The notes under the pieces are model-generated. The model was not told the DNA's origin and searched no databases. It worked only from the letters and a program-made list of their open reading frames with translations. The position numbers were made by a program, and so were the translations under genes. 64,000 nucleotides of DNA from Pseudomonadota bacterium (lineage in GTDB: Bacteria; Bdellovibrionota; Bdellovibrionia; Bdellovibrionales; Bdellovibrionaceae), in assembly GCA_041178425.1 (NCBI GenBank), contig JBEGVH010000040.1, positions 114,998 to 178,997 on the forward strand, given 5' to 3'. Of the stretch, positions 20,607 through 30,005 are shown one piece after another. The stretch's first letter is position 1. The number at the start of each line of letters is the position of its first letter.

Positions 20607-20676
20607 GGAGTCCTCTTTTTTAAATGGGGGCGTTGCAAAGTTTTCAGTTCCTATTAGAGCTCAATTTGAATAAAAA

Positions 20677-20698
20677 AACGATGTTCTAGAACATCGTT
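20677..20698. promoter_or_regulatory. Perfect 22-bp palindrome, putative operator
   Basis: AACGATGTTCTAGAACATCGTT is its own reverse complement and lies between divergent genes. Confidence 0.6.
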
Positions 20699-20818
20699 AG
20701 ACCTGAGGCTAAATGACTCGTAAAAAAGTGTCATCATTGGCAGCCGTTTCGCCGTCCTGTAGAGCTTAATCCACCCTAATTTGAGCTGGGCACAATCCTA
20801 AGCGTGGAGGACATCCTT

Positions 20819-21871
20819 TTGATTCGGCATTCCCTTATTTTTTTTCTGGTTTTTGTAGGGATCGAGGCAGTAGCCGTCGAAGAAGATCTCAATCTCGATA
20901 AAATCACCGAACTATCCGCTCCGGTAGTGATCCCGAAAACTCCCGAATCTAAGTATTCGCTTATGGGGCGAATGGATCTAACATTAGAAAGTAATCCGGT
21001 CACGGCCGCAGCCAACGGCAACCGATCGGACCTCAAGAATTGGCATGGATTGCGCCTCTTTTTAAAATTAAAAGCTTCGGCCAAGACTCATTTTTTCGGT
21101 GAAGTAGCCAATCAAGATTTTTACTACGTTGATTACAAGACAACTGATCACACCACGGTGAGTTTTGGAAAGATTATTGTTCCTTTTGGAGACACCCGGT
21201 ATTTTCACCATTTCTACGGTGGGATCCAAGGAAAAGGAGCCACTGGAATTATGTTTCCAAATGTTTGGGCCGAGTCAGGGGTGAGTGTTCAGACGCAAGC
21301 AGGTCGTGACCTTGTTCTTGATACTTATGTTGTTAATGGTTTTAAGGCTTCTTCAGCAACGACCTTTCCGGATCTCAATCAAGCGGCCAGTGATAATCCC
21401 AGTGGCACCAAACGCCAGGCCCTCGGGGCTCGTCTTCAATGGCAGGGCCAGGAACGACTTACGGTCTTGGCTTCGGGCTACCTCGATGTTTATTGGGATA
21501 ATCGGCGGTTAAGCTTGCTGGGTCTTGATGCTTTCTCTGATTATGGGTTTTTTAGTTGGCCCATTCGTTTTGGTTTAGGGGTTGCCGATGCGACCGCCGA
21601 AAAAATACCGCAACAGGGAACTTTGCATCGACGAGGCGATTATATTTTGCTCGCAGGAAACGACTTTGGGCCAGGAGAGTGGAGACTTCGTTACGGAACC
21701 TACAATCATATTACCAAAACTCAGTCCGATGATGACAGTCATAGTTTTGATATGGCCTACATCTGGAACATCGACGTCATCCGCATGATGATTCAGAGGC
21801 AATGGAATTTCGAGTCGCAAAATGAAAAAGACGACGATCTCTGGCGTTTGATGACCAGTATCGATTTTTAA
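20819..21871 (+). CDS. Outer-membrane beta-barrel porin
   Basis: GGAGG RBS before TTG 20819; signal peptide; FGKIIVPFG and PNVWAESG resemble OprO/P-like porins; ends in F. Confidence 0.7.
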   Translation: MIRHSLIFFLVFVGIEAVAVEEDLNLDKITELSAPVVIPKTPESKYSLMGRMDLTLESNPVTAAANGNRSDLKNWHGLRLFLKLKASAKTHFFGEVANQDFYYVDYKTTDHTTVSFGKIIVPFGDTRYFHHFYGGIQGKGATGIMFPNVWAESGVSVQTQAGRDLVLDTYVVNGFKASSATTFPDLNQAASDNPSGTKRQALGARLQWQGQERLTVLASGYLDVYWDNRRLSLLGLDAFSDYGFFSWPIRFGLGVADATAEKIPQQGTLHRRGDYILLAGNDFGPGEWRLRYGTYNHITKTQSDDDSHSFDMAYIWNIDVIRMMIQRQWNFESQNEKDDDLWRLMTSIDF

Positions 21872-21894
21872 AATGAGAGAGGAATAAAAGAACG

Positions 21895-22473
21895 ATGACA
21901 TGGACTCAAGTGAGTAGCCTTCGATTGCGAAACGCCCCGAGGGCTTTTAAGGCCTTAGCACTAGGCTTTGTATTTTCTATTTCATTGGCCTACCTCTATG
22001 CGCTTGGAAATATTGTGATGGTCGTTGGTCTCACACCCAAAGACATAGCCGTTCATTATTATGGAGCAACAACGAATATCACAGAATCGCCTGTTGCATC
22101 CGGTGAAGAGACCATCAATCTTGAGGATCTGGGGGAGCCGTCAGAGGCTGCACCGATAGCCCCTGGTCCTCGGCCGTCCTTTAAAAATCTGGTTGGCGAG
22201 GGTCATTTTCATTTGTTTGGAATGAGTAGTTTCTTTTTTGGTTTATGTCTTTTGGCGCTTTTCACTGGTATCAATGAGACCCTCAAGAGTTTTCTTGTTG
22301 GAGGAGCTTTTGTATTTGTTGTTCTAGATAACATTAGTTTTATGGCGACACGGTTTCTGGGGCCGAAGTTTGCGATGATGACGGCAGTATCTGGGGGCAT
22401 TATGGGGCTTTGTTTTGCGGGTCTCTGGTTATCGATTGTTTACGAACTGTTGCAAAAAAAGGAGTTAAAATGA
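21895..22473 (+). CDS. 4-TM inner-membrane protein with HFHLFGM motif (possible heme-b binding)
   Basis: Four hydrophobic helices; HxH at the start of TM2; stop overlaps the start of the FMN-binding gene. Confidence 0.65.
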   Translation: MTWTQVSSLRLRNAPRAFKALALGFVFSISLAYLYALGNIVMVVGLTPKDIAVHYYGATTNITESPVASGEETINLEDLGEPSEAAPIAPGPRPSFKNLVGEGHFHLFGMSSFFFGLCLLALFTGINETLKSFLVGGAFVFVVLDNISFMATRFLGPKFAMMTAVSGGIMGLCFAGLWLSIVYELLQKKELK

Positions 22474-22991
22474 AATGGCTTATTCTTTTGATGGTTTTTC
22501 TCAGTGGAATCGCTCAAGCTGAGGAATTGATCTCAATGAAAGATTATCTCAAAAAAGAACTTTCAGGTTATAGTAAACTGACCAAAGAATCTTTTGCGTT
22601 GAGCGTTGAACAAAAAGCCGAATTCGGAAAAGTAGCACCGAACTCTGATGAGGAGTCGTATACCTTCTTTTTTGGGAAGACCGCCGAAGGGCAGGTAGAG
22701 AAAGCCTGCACCATTGTTGCTCAAAAGGGAAAAGAAGGCCCTATATCGCTTGGGGTTTGTTTTGATCCAAAAGGACTTCTTCAATCGGTGACCGTTCTTT
22801 CGCATGAAGAGGAACGAGGTCGTCGAATCACCGAAGAAAGTTTTTTAAAACAATTCAAGGGAAAAAAGGCAACTGACGCTTTCGTTCTTGGTGCTGATGT
22901 TGATGGAATCAGTGGTGCCACTTACTCATCGAAAGCTATTTCGGAAGCTCTTCGTAAATCGGCCTTTGCATTCAAAACATTTGTGAAATGA
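22470..22991 (+). CDS. Periplasmic FMN-binding (flavinylated) protein, RnfG/NqrC-like
   Basis: Signal peptide; VDGISGATYSS carries the [S/T]GA[S/T] flavinylation motif; FLKQFKGK. Confidence 0.88.
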   Translation: MKWLILLMVFLSGIAQAEELISMKDYLKKELSGYSKLTKESFALSVEQKAEFGKVAPNSDEESYTFFFGKTAEGQVEKACTIVAQKGKEGPISLGVCFDPKGLLQSVTVLSHEEERGRRITEESFLKQFKGKKATDAFVLGADVDGISGATYSSKAISEALRKSAFAFKTFVK

Positions 22992-23515
22992 GAGATTCAA
23001 TGAATAACGATCGGTTAGGATCGACTTTAGTTCTTTTTGTAGGACTCACTTTGATGGGAGGTTGTGGAACCAAGGCTCCTTTTCAAAGGGGTAAAGTGGT
23101 CATCGAAGAGTCAGGTCAAAAAAATGAAAAGCCAAATACCGTCCCGACTGCGACCCCGACGCCTCTTCCTACGGGCGAGCCGAAAGCCTCTGAAACTCCG
23201 GTACCAACGGTACAACCCTCACCGGAGCCCCTTCCTGCGGTGACTCTCAATAGAGCCTATTTTAACAGTGAAATATTACCGTTGTTGGCTGCAAAGAAAA
23301 TTAATGGGACGACGAAAGGATGTTCGATGTGTCACGGCAATCCTGCAAGAACCTTCGAAGACGCACAAACCCTCGTAGTGCCCGGGCAACCTGAGAAAAG
23401 TCGTCTCTACATGAAGGCTACCGGTGCTGCGGGGTCCGGACATATGCAGATCTGGGCTTCGGATTCCCCGGAGGCGATGAAACTCCTGTTTTGGATCAGC
23501 GGTAAGGCTCAGTAG
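22988..23515 (+). CDS. Monoheme c-type cytochrome lipoprotein (planctomycete cytochrome C-like)
   Basis: Lipobox-like LMGGC, Pro/Thr linker, F..EILPLL...CSMCH, VVPGQPEKSRLY, distal Met candidate (HMQ). Confidence 0.78.
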   Translation: MRDSMNNDRLGSTLVLFVGLTLMGGCGTKAPFQRGKVVIEESGQKNEKPNTVPTATPTPLPTGEPKASETPVPTVQPSPEPLPAVTLNRAYFNSEILPLLAAKKINGTTKGCSMCHGNPARTFEDAQTLVVPGQPEKSRLYMKATGAAGSGHMQIWASDSPEAMKLLFWISGKAQ

Positions 23516-23529
23516 GTCGCTTGATATTT

Positions 23530-24528
23530 ATGAGAAAAAAACAACAATCGTTAGTGATTGGATTTTTAGTTTTTATTTTTACGTCGGCCTGTCAGCACAA
23601 GCCGACGTTTTTTTTATGGAATCAAAAAGTAAAGAGCTGTGTCTCTGAACACCGAATTCCTAGCATGGGTACATTTTTTGAAATGCAACTGGTGCATGCG
23701 TGTGACTTTAACCCCGAAAAGGTTGTTGTATCTGCCAAAGAAGAGCTCGATGCCATCGAGTCTGAGTTGAGTCTCTACCAAACGTCGAGTCAGCTGTCCC
23801 GGCTCAATCGTGATGGATTTCTTTGTCCCGCTTCGCCCCATCTGTTAAGAATGACCGAAGTGTCTATCGACTTTTACGAGAGAACGGCCGGAAGGTTCGA
23901 TGTTTCTATTTTACCAGTGTTAAAGGCAATTGAAAAAAGCTTCGAAAAAACAGGCAGGTCTCCGAAAGACCTTTCAAAGTTCCGCGCTCTCGTTAATGGT
24001 GCGGGTGTATCCCTTACTAACGGGTGTCTGCGTTTCAAAAGCCCAGGAATGGCTCTTACCTTTGATGGTGTAGCAAAAGGGTATGCCGTCGACAGAGTAG
24101 CAGAAGCATTAACGAATAATATCGATGGTTATCTTCTTAACTTCTCAGGAAATATGCGTTGGTATGGTGAAAAACCTGAGGGGCCATGGAAAATTGCTGT
24201 ATGGAATCCCGTGGCTCGCTCTTTGATTTCGCTAGCACCGACAACGAGCGGGGCGATTGCATCTTCTGGTTCAGAACATGTTCACTATGATTCGAATTCT
24301 ATGTGGCATCATTTGATTGATCCGAAAACTCTTCGCCCTTCGAATCGATACCAATCGGTGACCGTCGTTGGAAGCCGTGCCATGGAGTGCGATATTCTTT
24401 CGACGACTTTTTTTGTGCTCGAGTTAACGGAGGCGAGACGATTGCAAAAAAAACAGTTTCCCCAGGTCTCTCTTTACTTGATCAATAAAAAAGGGGAGCT
24501 CCAGTGGCTCCCCTCATTGAAAAACTAG
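23530..24528 (+). CDS. apbE: FAD:protein FMN transferase lipoprotein
   Basis: SMGT, FDVSI, DGVAKGYAVD, ASSG, HLIDPKT, D..ST; lipobox FTSAC. Confidence 0.92.
   Translation: MRKKQQSLVIGFLVFIFTSACQHKPTFFLWNQKVKSCVSEHRIPSMGTFFEMQLVHACDFNPEKVVVSAKEELDAIESELSLYQTSSQLSRLNRDGFLCPASPHLLRMTEVSIDFYERTAGRFDVSILPVLKAIEKSFEKTGRSPKDLSKFRALVNGAGVSLTNGCLRFKSPGMALTFDGVAKGYAVDRVAEALTNNIDGYLLNFSGNMRWYGEKPEGPWKIAVWNPVARSLISLAPTTSGAIASSGSEHVHYDSNSMWHHLIDPKTLRPSNRYQSVTVVGSRAMECDILSTTFFVLELTEARRLQKKQFPQVSLYLINKKGELQWLPSLKN
24487..24514 (-). terminator. Intrinsic terminator for the cytochrome gene, inside the apbE 3' end
   Basis: A6-GGGGAGC-tccagtg-GCTCCCC; gives a U-tract on the minus strand. Confidence 0.65.
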
Positions 24529-24542
24529 CGTTCTAGTCTCTT

Positions 24543-25340
24543 TTAGAGTGATCTAAAAGAGAAACTTCTATTCGCGCGAGTTAAATTGCCATGACATTGC
24601 ATGCACGATTGAGTGATCAGAAGTCCTTTTTCGAAGGCTTCAGGTCGCTCTTGAGAGGCCAATTGAACGGTTTCTTCCGCACGAAGATGAACTTCTCCCA
24701 CCATGATATCAGATCCGTGCATCATTTTTTTCTCTTTTAAATCTGCGGCGATGCGAGCGATCTCCATCGCGCTCATTCGTAGAGTAGCGAAGTTTTGACG
24801 GCCCAATTGCGAAGCCGCAAAAATTCCTGAATAAGCTGACATCATGCCATTCATGCTTTTGCACAAGTAGGGGGTGCGGCCTTCTTTGTTGCAATTTTTT
24901 GAAATCACATCCCAATCATTTTTAAAAATTTGATCCCATCCGATTCCGCTCGTAGCAGCCGTTTGACTATGGCAGGTCGCACATTTTTTCTGAATAGTAT
25001 TTGCAACCGTCAATGTCATAGGATCTTGATTGTTGGCGTATTGGGACAGCGTCTGAGCTTGGCTCATCACTGCCATGATTCCCTCTTGGTGATCAGTTCC
25101 GAGGAGCTTACTTTCAGCTAGATTTTGAGTGATGGCGTTAATTTCGCCTGCGATACTTCCCATATAGGGGTAGTTCACTTGCATTAATTCACGCTGTTCA
25201 CCCAAAGCCATCACTTGGCTCCTCAGGTATCTCATGTTGTAGCACAATTCTCCAGTCAAAGGATCGGAGCAGAGTGACGCATTGGCAGTATTAAAAAATA
25301 AAATCGCAGTAAATAAGCTGAACATAAAAGACTTTTTCAT
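24543..25340 (-). CDS. Secreted diheme c-type cytochrome, tandem helical-bundle (c'/c556-like) domains
   Basis: Signal peptide; CATCH and CMQCH each close an approximately 120-aa helical repeat. Confidence 0.75.
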   Translation of the reverse strand: MKKSFMFSLFTAILFFNTANASLCSDPLTGELCYNMRYLRSQVMALGEQRELMQVNYPYMGSIAGEINAITQNLAESKLLGTDHQEGIMAVMSQAQTLSQYANNQDPMTLTVANTIQKKCATCHSQTAATSGIGWDQIFKNDWDVISKNCNKEGRTPYLCKSMNGMMSAYSGIFAASQLGRQNFATLRMSAMEIARIAADLKEKKMMHGSDIMVGEVHLRAEETVQLASQERPEAFEKGLLITQSCMQCHGNLTRANRSFSFRSL

Positions 25341-25464
25341 AGTCCCCTCCCTTTGGTTTCATAGAAACAAAAAACACCCCCAAACTCAAAGAGATTGAAA
25401 GTAAAAGCTGAAACCAGCGGTTGCGCGTTGTTCGAATGGTTAATTCTGTCCCATTTGGTGCGAA

Positions 25465-25491
25465 GGAGCTTTCAGATAACCTGAAAGCTCC
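25465..25491 (-). terminator. 11-bp stem hairpin downstream of the gliding operon
   Basis: GGAGCTTTCAG-ataac-CTGAAAGCTCC; only a weak U-tract. Confidence 0.55.
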
Positions 25492-25518
25492 AAGCCAGTG
25501 AGGAGGTTCTAGGAGGCT

Positions 25519-28500
25519 TTAATTGGCTGGAACATCGGCGCGAGTCACCGTTTGAGGGGCCGGAGGGGGGCAAGCTTCGGAGACCATTTTCGCTATGCCT
25601 GTTGTTTTCCAATAGTCAGCCTTGAGTCTTCTCATGGTCTCAGTGGCTCCTTCACATTTTTTTTGTTGAAGAAAATCAACCGTTGCTAAAAACGGCTGCT
25701 CTTCAATTTGATTCCAGAAGTCTCCCATTTGTTTAAGATCATTCAATAGGCTGGCATCGGGCTTTTGCGAAAAGCGCGTTCTTAAGTCCTCATAACTAAG
25801 AAGTGGCTCTTGCGCTCTCTGCTGAGCCAGTTTGAGGTACCAAACGGATTGTTCGAGGGAATTTGTTTGCCAAGCAGCGACCGAAAGGTAGTACGGCCCC
25901 CAGGGTGCATCAGGAAACAAATCAGAAAGCCTTAGGGCGGCCACCTCCAGTTCTTTGTAAAGCCCCTTTGAAAGACAGGCATTGGCCTCGCGACCGAGGG
26001 CTGATAGCGAATTTAACCGACTGATGTTTGAGAGGACACAACTCTTTTTGCCGACAGTGAGATCGAGGAGGGGACGGTAGGCAATGGCTTCTTCCCAGGA
26101 TGGAACGTAGATTCTCAGCTCGCGGCCATTGAGATCGGAGCGAGACCCTTGAAGGTTGTTTTGTGAGACCAGGGTAGTTTTTGTTATCTGTTCAAGGTCT
26201 GCGAGCGCTTTCTCGATGTCTCGCGGACGGTTTTGTAAGGTTGGTAGAATTTGTGAAATTTCCTCCTTCAGTGCCATGAGGTCTTCGTTCTTAGTATCAA
26301 AGGAGTCTGCAGACGTTTGCAGTGCTTGAGTATAATCGGCGTACAGGTTTTTAAGATCGAGAAGAGCTTTTTTACGGATGTCGAGGTCGTCTGACTTGCC
26401 ACCGAGTGTTTCCAGGAGCTGCGCGGCCTTGGCAAATTTTTCTGCTTTAAACGACATGACCATAGCCATACGACCGGAAGAGGCCTTCAGCCCTTGCTTG
26501 AAGTATTCACTCACAAGTACTTTGGACTGAAGATACCGAGCTTGTCGGCGGATATCAGAAGGAGTCGTATCTTTGTTGAGGTTCAGAGCGATTTGGTAGC
26601 AATCAGACAACTTATTTTTTGAACAAAGCTCTTCTCCTCTTTTGAGTTCCGCTTTGCTAAAGTAGGGTTCTACCCCTTTTTCGATCAGGGTGTTCTCGAG
26701 CTTTTTTGCTTTTTCAGGAGAATACTGACCAAAGAATTTCAAGCGCTTTGTTAGGAGCACTTGTTTTTCGCTGGCGCTCATTTGTTGCTCAAGGGCCTGC
26801 CATGCCTGGTCAGTTGATTCGACATCGCCAGACCAAGAGGAAAACTCTGCTAATAGCTCATTTAACTCGCGTTTTTTTTCGGGGGTTTGAACCAAAGATA
26901 AAGCGAGCGACATAGACACTCTTGCTCGATTCAGATCGCCGAGTTTTAAAAATAATTCATTGGCATGAAGACTGAATTTCTCTGCGTCTGTCGACTTCTT
27001 TATTTGCGCCATTTCTTTGGCTAACACTTCGGATTGCTCAGCGGCACGACGAAACTGCTTTCTTTTTTCTAAAAGCTCTATAGCCAAGTGAAGGGCATCA
27101 AGAGCCTTGATTTCTGGGCGATGCTCTTTATAGAAAAGCTCCGATAAGGTAGCCGCCTCACCGAATTTATTTTTTTCGACCAACTGTTGAATAATCGATT
27201 GTTGTGCTTCTTGATAAATTCCTTTGATTTTTAAGGCTCTTTCGCCGGTTGATGACTTGAGAATAATTAGACTCGCGGATGCGAGCGATGGATAGTCTTT
27301 TTTCGCTCGGTGAATTTCGAGAATTAAATCGTCTCTTTTGTTGATGAGAACTGAGGTTTTTGGAATCATTTTCGATAATGTGATCAGAGACTGGGAGAAA
27401 TCTCTCGCCTCATAGAAGAGATAGGCTTTTTTGAACATGACATCTTGGGTGAATTCTCCTGTTGGCATTCGCATCAAGTATTCATTGAGCGCCAAAGACA
27501 GTTTTTCACGAAGAACCTGATTCTTATTGTCTGTCGCTAGCTGACGGTCAAGACTGACAATATGCCCATAGAGGGCCGTATGAAGAATCGGGTTTTCGGC
27601 CTTCTCATTTTTTGAAAGCTCTTCGTATTGAAGGCCTGCGGCTTTAAATTCGCCTTGAGAAAAGAGAAATTCAGCATAAGCCAGGTGAAGGGGAATATTG
27701 GGTTCCTTTTGTTTCTCAAAATGGAGGTATTCACCAAAAATAAAATGAAGCTGTGAAATCATGTCTTTGCTTCGATTGAGTTTATTCCATGCCTGCCACC
27801 ATTGGCTTGTGTACTCAGTGAGAAAATCTGGGTAGCTGGTTTTACAGAAGGCTTCTGAGTCCTTGCTTTTCGACTGCCATCGAGGGTCGTTACAGAGCTT
27901 TGATGCGTCTTGAATAATACTGACAACGGTGGAGGTGTGCTGTTTGTCGTTGTGGTAGTGGGCTCTTTTAATCAATATGGGCCCGGCGCTTTCATCTTGA
28001 GGATTGTCTTTGAGGAATTGAGCAAGAACAGAATCCATTTCGAGAAGTTTGCCGTGGCGTTCATAAATTGCAGACAAGTCAAGGACGGTTGGTCCAACTT
28101 CATTTGGAAGAAGCTTCTTGTTAAAGTATGTGATCGCATTTTCGACTGTTCCAACTTCGCTGTAAAAGAGGGCGAGATCGCGCCGCGCCTCAGTACGAAC
28201 GTGCGAGATGGTGGCAATTTTCTGAGATTGAAGAAGAAGTTTTTCTAATTTTTTTAAGCCATCGCTCGTCTCTTTTTGATTGTAGGAGCACCAAGCACTT
28301 TTGTAGAGCGCAAGGGGGGCAATGGGTGTGCGAGGCCATTTTTGTACGAGATCGAAATGGGTCATCGCTGTCGCATAATTTTGTTTCTGAAAATAGAGTT
28401 CTCCCAGTGCCATGTTCGTCTCTGGCAGCAGAACTGATTTTGGAAACTTCTCAGGAATCATCAGGAATTTTTGTAAAGCAAGGTCTCGTTCTCCTCTCTG

Positions 28501-28971
28501 ATCATGGGCAAACGCCCGATTGAAAAGCACTTCATCCATGGCTGCAAATTGGGGGTGCTGAGCTTCAATGATTTGATAGTTTTCTATCGCCTTACCAAGA
28601 TAGTTTTTGGCACTGACCGAGGTTAAGTCACTCTGGAAGAGATCACGGAGTTTTTTTTCACTTCTGTAGAGGTCGATGAATCGCCCTGTTTTGGCTCGTC
28701 GGGTGTAGAGTTCGGCAAGGCGAAAAAGCAGGTCAGGTTGCTGGGAGCTCCCTTTGTATTTTTTTAGAAGGGCCTCTAATTGTTTGATGGCCATGTCTTC
28801 GCTTCGCGAGATTAGTGCTTCGGCTTCGGCCGCCGTTTTGACATTAGCCGCTTCAGTTTGTTTGTTTAGTTTGATCTCAGGAAGCACTCCCTTGGGGGTG
28901 TGTTCGGCGGCAAAAAGAGAGGTCGAGACTGATAATGAAAGTAACGACAACTGAAAGCGTTTCATAACCAC
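25519..28971 (-). CDS. Large periplasmic TPR protein (GltD/AgmU-like gliding component)
   Basis: Signal peptide; DLLFRLAELY, ALGELYF, ALYKSAWC, EARRDLALFY TPR motifs; in an operon with ExbB/ExbD homologs. Confidence 0.72.
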   Translation of the reverse strand: MVMKRFQLSLLSLSVSTSLFAAEHTPKGVLPEIKLNKQTEAANVKTAAEAEALISRSEDMAIKQLEALLKKYKGSSQQPDLLFRLAELYTRRAKTGRFIDLYRSEKKLRDLFQSDLTSVSAKNYLGKAIENYQIIEAQHPQFAAMDEVLFNRAFAHDQRGERDLALQKFLMIPEKFPKSVLLPETNMALGELYFQKQNYATAMTHFDLVQKWPRTPIAPLALYKSAWCSYNQKETSDGLKKLEKLLLQSQKIATISHVRTEARRDLALFYSEVGTVENAITYFNKKLLPNEVGPTVLDLSAIYERHGKLLEMDSVLAQFLKDNPQDESAGPILIKRAHYHNDKQHTSTVVSIIQDASKLCNDPRWQSKSKDSEAFCKTSYPDFLTEYTSQWWQAWNKLNRSKDMISQLHFIFGEYLHFEKQKEPNIPLHLAYAEFLFSQGEFKAAGLQYEELSKNEKAENPILHTALYGHIVSLDRQLATDNKNQVLREKLSLALNEYLMRMPTGEFTQDVMFKKAYLFYEARDFSQSLITLSKMIPKTSVLINKRDDLILEIHRAKKDYPSLASASLIILKSSTGERALKIKGIYQEAQQSIIQQLVEKNKFGEAATLSELFYKEHRPEIKALDALHLAIELLEKRKQFRRAAEQSEVLAKEMAQIKKSTDAEKFSLHANELFLKLGDLNRARVSMSLALSLVQTPEKKRELNELLAEFSSWSGDVESTDQAWQALEQQMSASEKQVLLTKRLKFFGQYSPEKAKKLENTLIEKGVEPYFSKAELKRGEELCSKNKLSDCYQIALNLNKDTTPSDIRRQARYLQSKVLVSEYFKQGLKASSGRMAMVMSFKAEKFAKAAQLLETLGGKSDDLDIRKKALLDLKNLYADYTQALQTSADSFDTKNEDLMALKEEISQILPTLQNRPRDIEKALADLEQITKTTLVSQNNLQGSRSDLNGRELRIYVPSWEEAIAYRPLLDLTVGKKSCVLSNISRLNSLSALGREANACLSKGLYKELEVAALRLSDLFPDAPWGPYYLSVAAWQTNSLEQSVWYLKLAQQRAQEPLLSYEDLRTRFSQKPDASLLNDLKQMGDFWNQIEEQPFLATVDFLQQKKCEGATETMRRLKADYWKTTGIAKMVSEACPPPAPQTVTRADVPAN

Positions 28972-28973
28972 CT

Positions 28974-29468
28974 CTAATTTCCTGAAATAGTTGCAAGGCG
29001 AACTTTTAAAAAACCAGCCATGGAGGCCGTCGATAAAATTTGTCGGACATTGGGGTATGGCGCCTCTCGATCAACTTGGAGAATGATTTCCTCTTTATCT
29101 TTCTTAGACTTTTTTATTTCTTGAAGGGCCGCAAGAAGTGGCTTGATGATCTCACCTTGGTCGATGTCTTTTGAGGCGACCATAAAATTGTTAACTTTTA
29201 AGAGCTCCTTTTCATTAAGGCTCAAGAGATCCTTTGAAAGGCTTACCATGGGGGCTTCTTGAGGTTGTTGGTCCGAAACAGAAGTGGGCATTCGAACTCC
29301 CATTTGAGGTTTTACATCGTAGGAGTTCGTCGAATAGGTTTGTAAGAGAAACACCAACATGATGGTAAACATGTCGGTCATAGAGTTTATATTTAACGAG
29401 AATGTTGTATTGGGTTTCTTTTTAAATCGGATTCTTCTATCCACTTTATCCCTCCAGCGTGTTGGCAA
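28974..29468 (-). CDS. ExbD/TolR family protein (AglS-like)
   Basis: LNINSMTDMFTIMLVFLL TM with Asp; IILQVDREAPY...AGF. Confidence 0.85.
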   Translation of the reverse strand: MPTRWRDKVDRRIRFKKKPNTTFSLNINSMTDMFTIMLVFLLQTYSTNSYDVKPQMGVRMPTSVSDQQPQEAPMVSLSKDLLSLNEKELLKVNNFMVASKDIDQGEIIKPLLAALQEIKKSKKDKEEIILQVDREAPYPNVRQILSTASMAGFLKVRLATISGN

Positions 29469-29991
29469 AGACTACATCAGGATACATATACTCAGTTTCT
29501 TCCAACGTGCCGGATTGAGGATTTGTAAACTTAAATTTTTCGTTCTTGGTTGGGCTCTTTCGAGCGGCATCAATTATTTTAACAATTGTATCGTAGGGAA
29601 CATTCCCCTGAGGCAATAGATCGAGTCGAAAGAGCTGAGGAGCTTGTCTCTTGAATCTCGCCAGTGACTCTTGAACTGTTTTGAATTCGTCCTCCTTTTG
29701 GGGATACGCCATTTTTAATTCACTGAGTGTTTTTCCCCCCGAAGACAACTTCATTTGAATACCCCTCGAAGGGTGTATTTGAAGCTCCAATTGTGGCATT
29801 TCATTGGGTTTAGCCTCGCTGACAGCAGCCGCCACCGGGGCGGGGAGTTCGCTTTGAATGACAACGATAGGAACAAAAGCGGATGAAACAATTAACACAG
29901 GAACCAGCTTGACCATCACCGCCAAGAGCGGCGCGAGGTCTAGCTCGAATTCATGCGATAGCCCATCGACGGGTAGTGATCTGCGTCTCAT
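29446..29991 (-). CDS. ExbD/TolR family protein (AglQ-like position), TM Asp absent
   Basis: ELDLAPLLAVMVKL TM; VPYDTIVKIIDAAR periplasmic ExbD motif. Confidence 0.8.
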   Translation of the reverse strand: MRRRSLPVDGLSHEFELDLAPLLAVMVKLVPVLIVSSAFVPIVVIQSELPAPVAAAVSEAKPNEMPQLELQIHPSRGIQMKLSSGGKTLSELKMAYPQKEDEFKTVQESLARFKRQAPQLFRLDLLPQGNVPYDTIVKIIDAARKSPTKNEKFKFTNPQSGTLEETEYMYPDVVFANTLEG

Positions 29992-30005
29992 GATAACCCC
30001 CTTTG

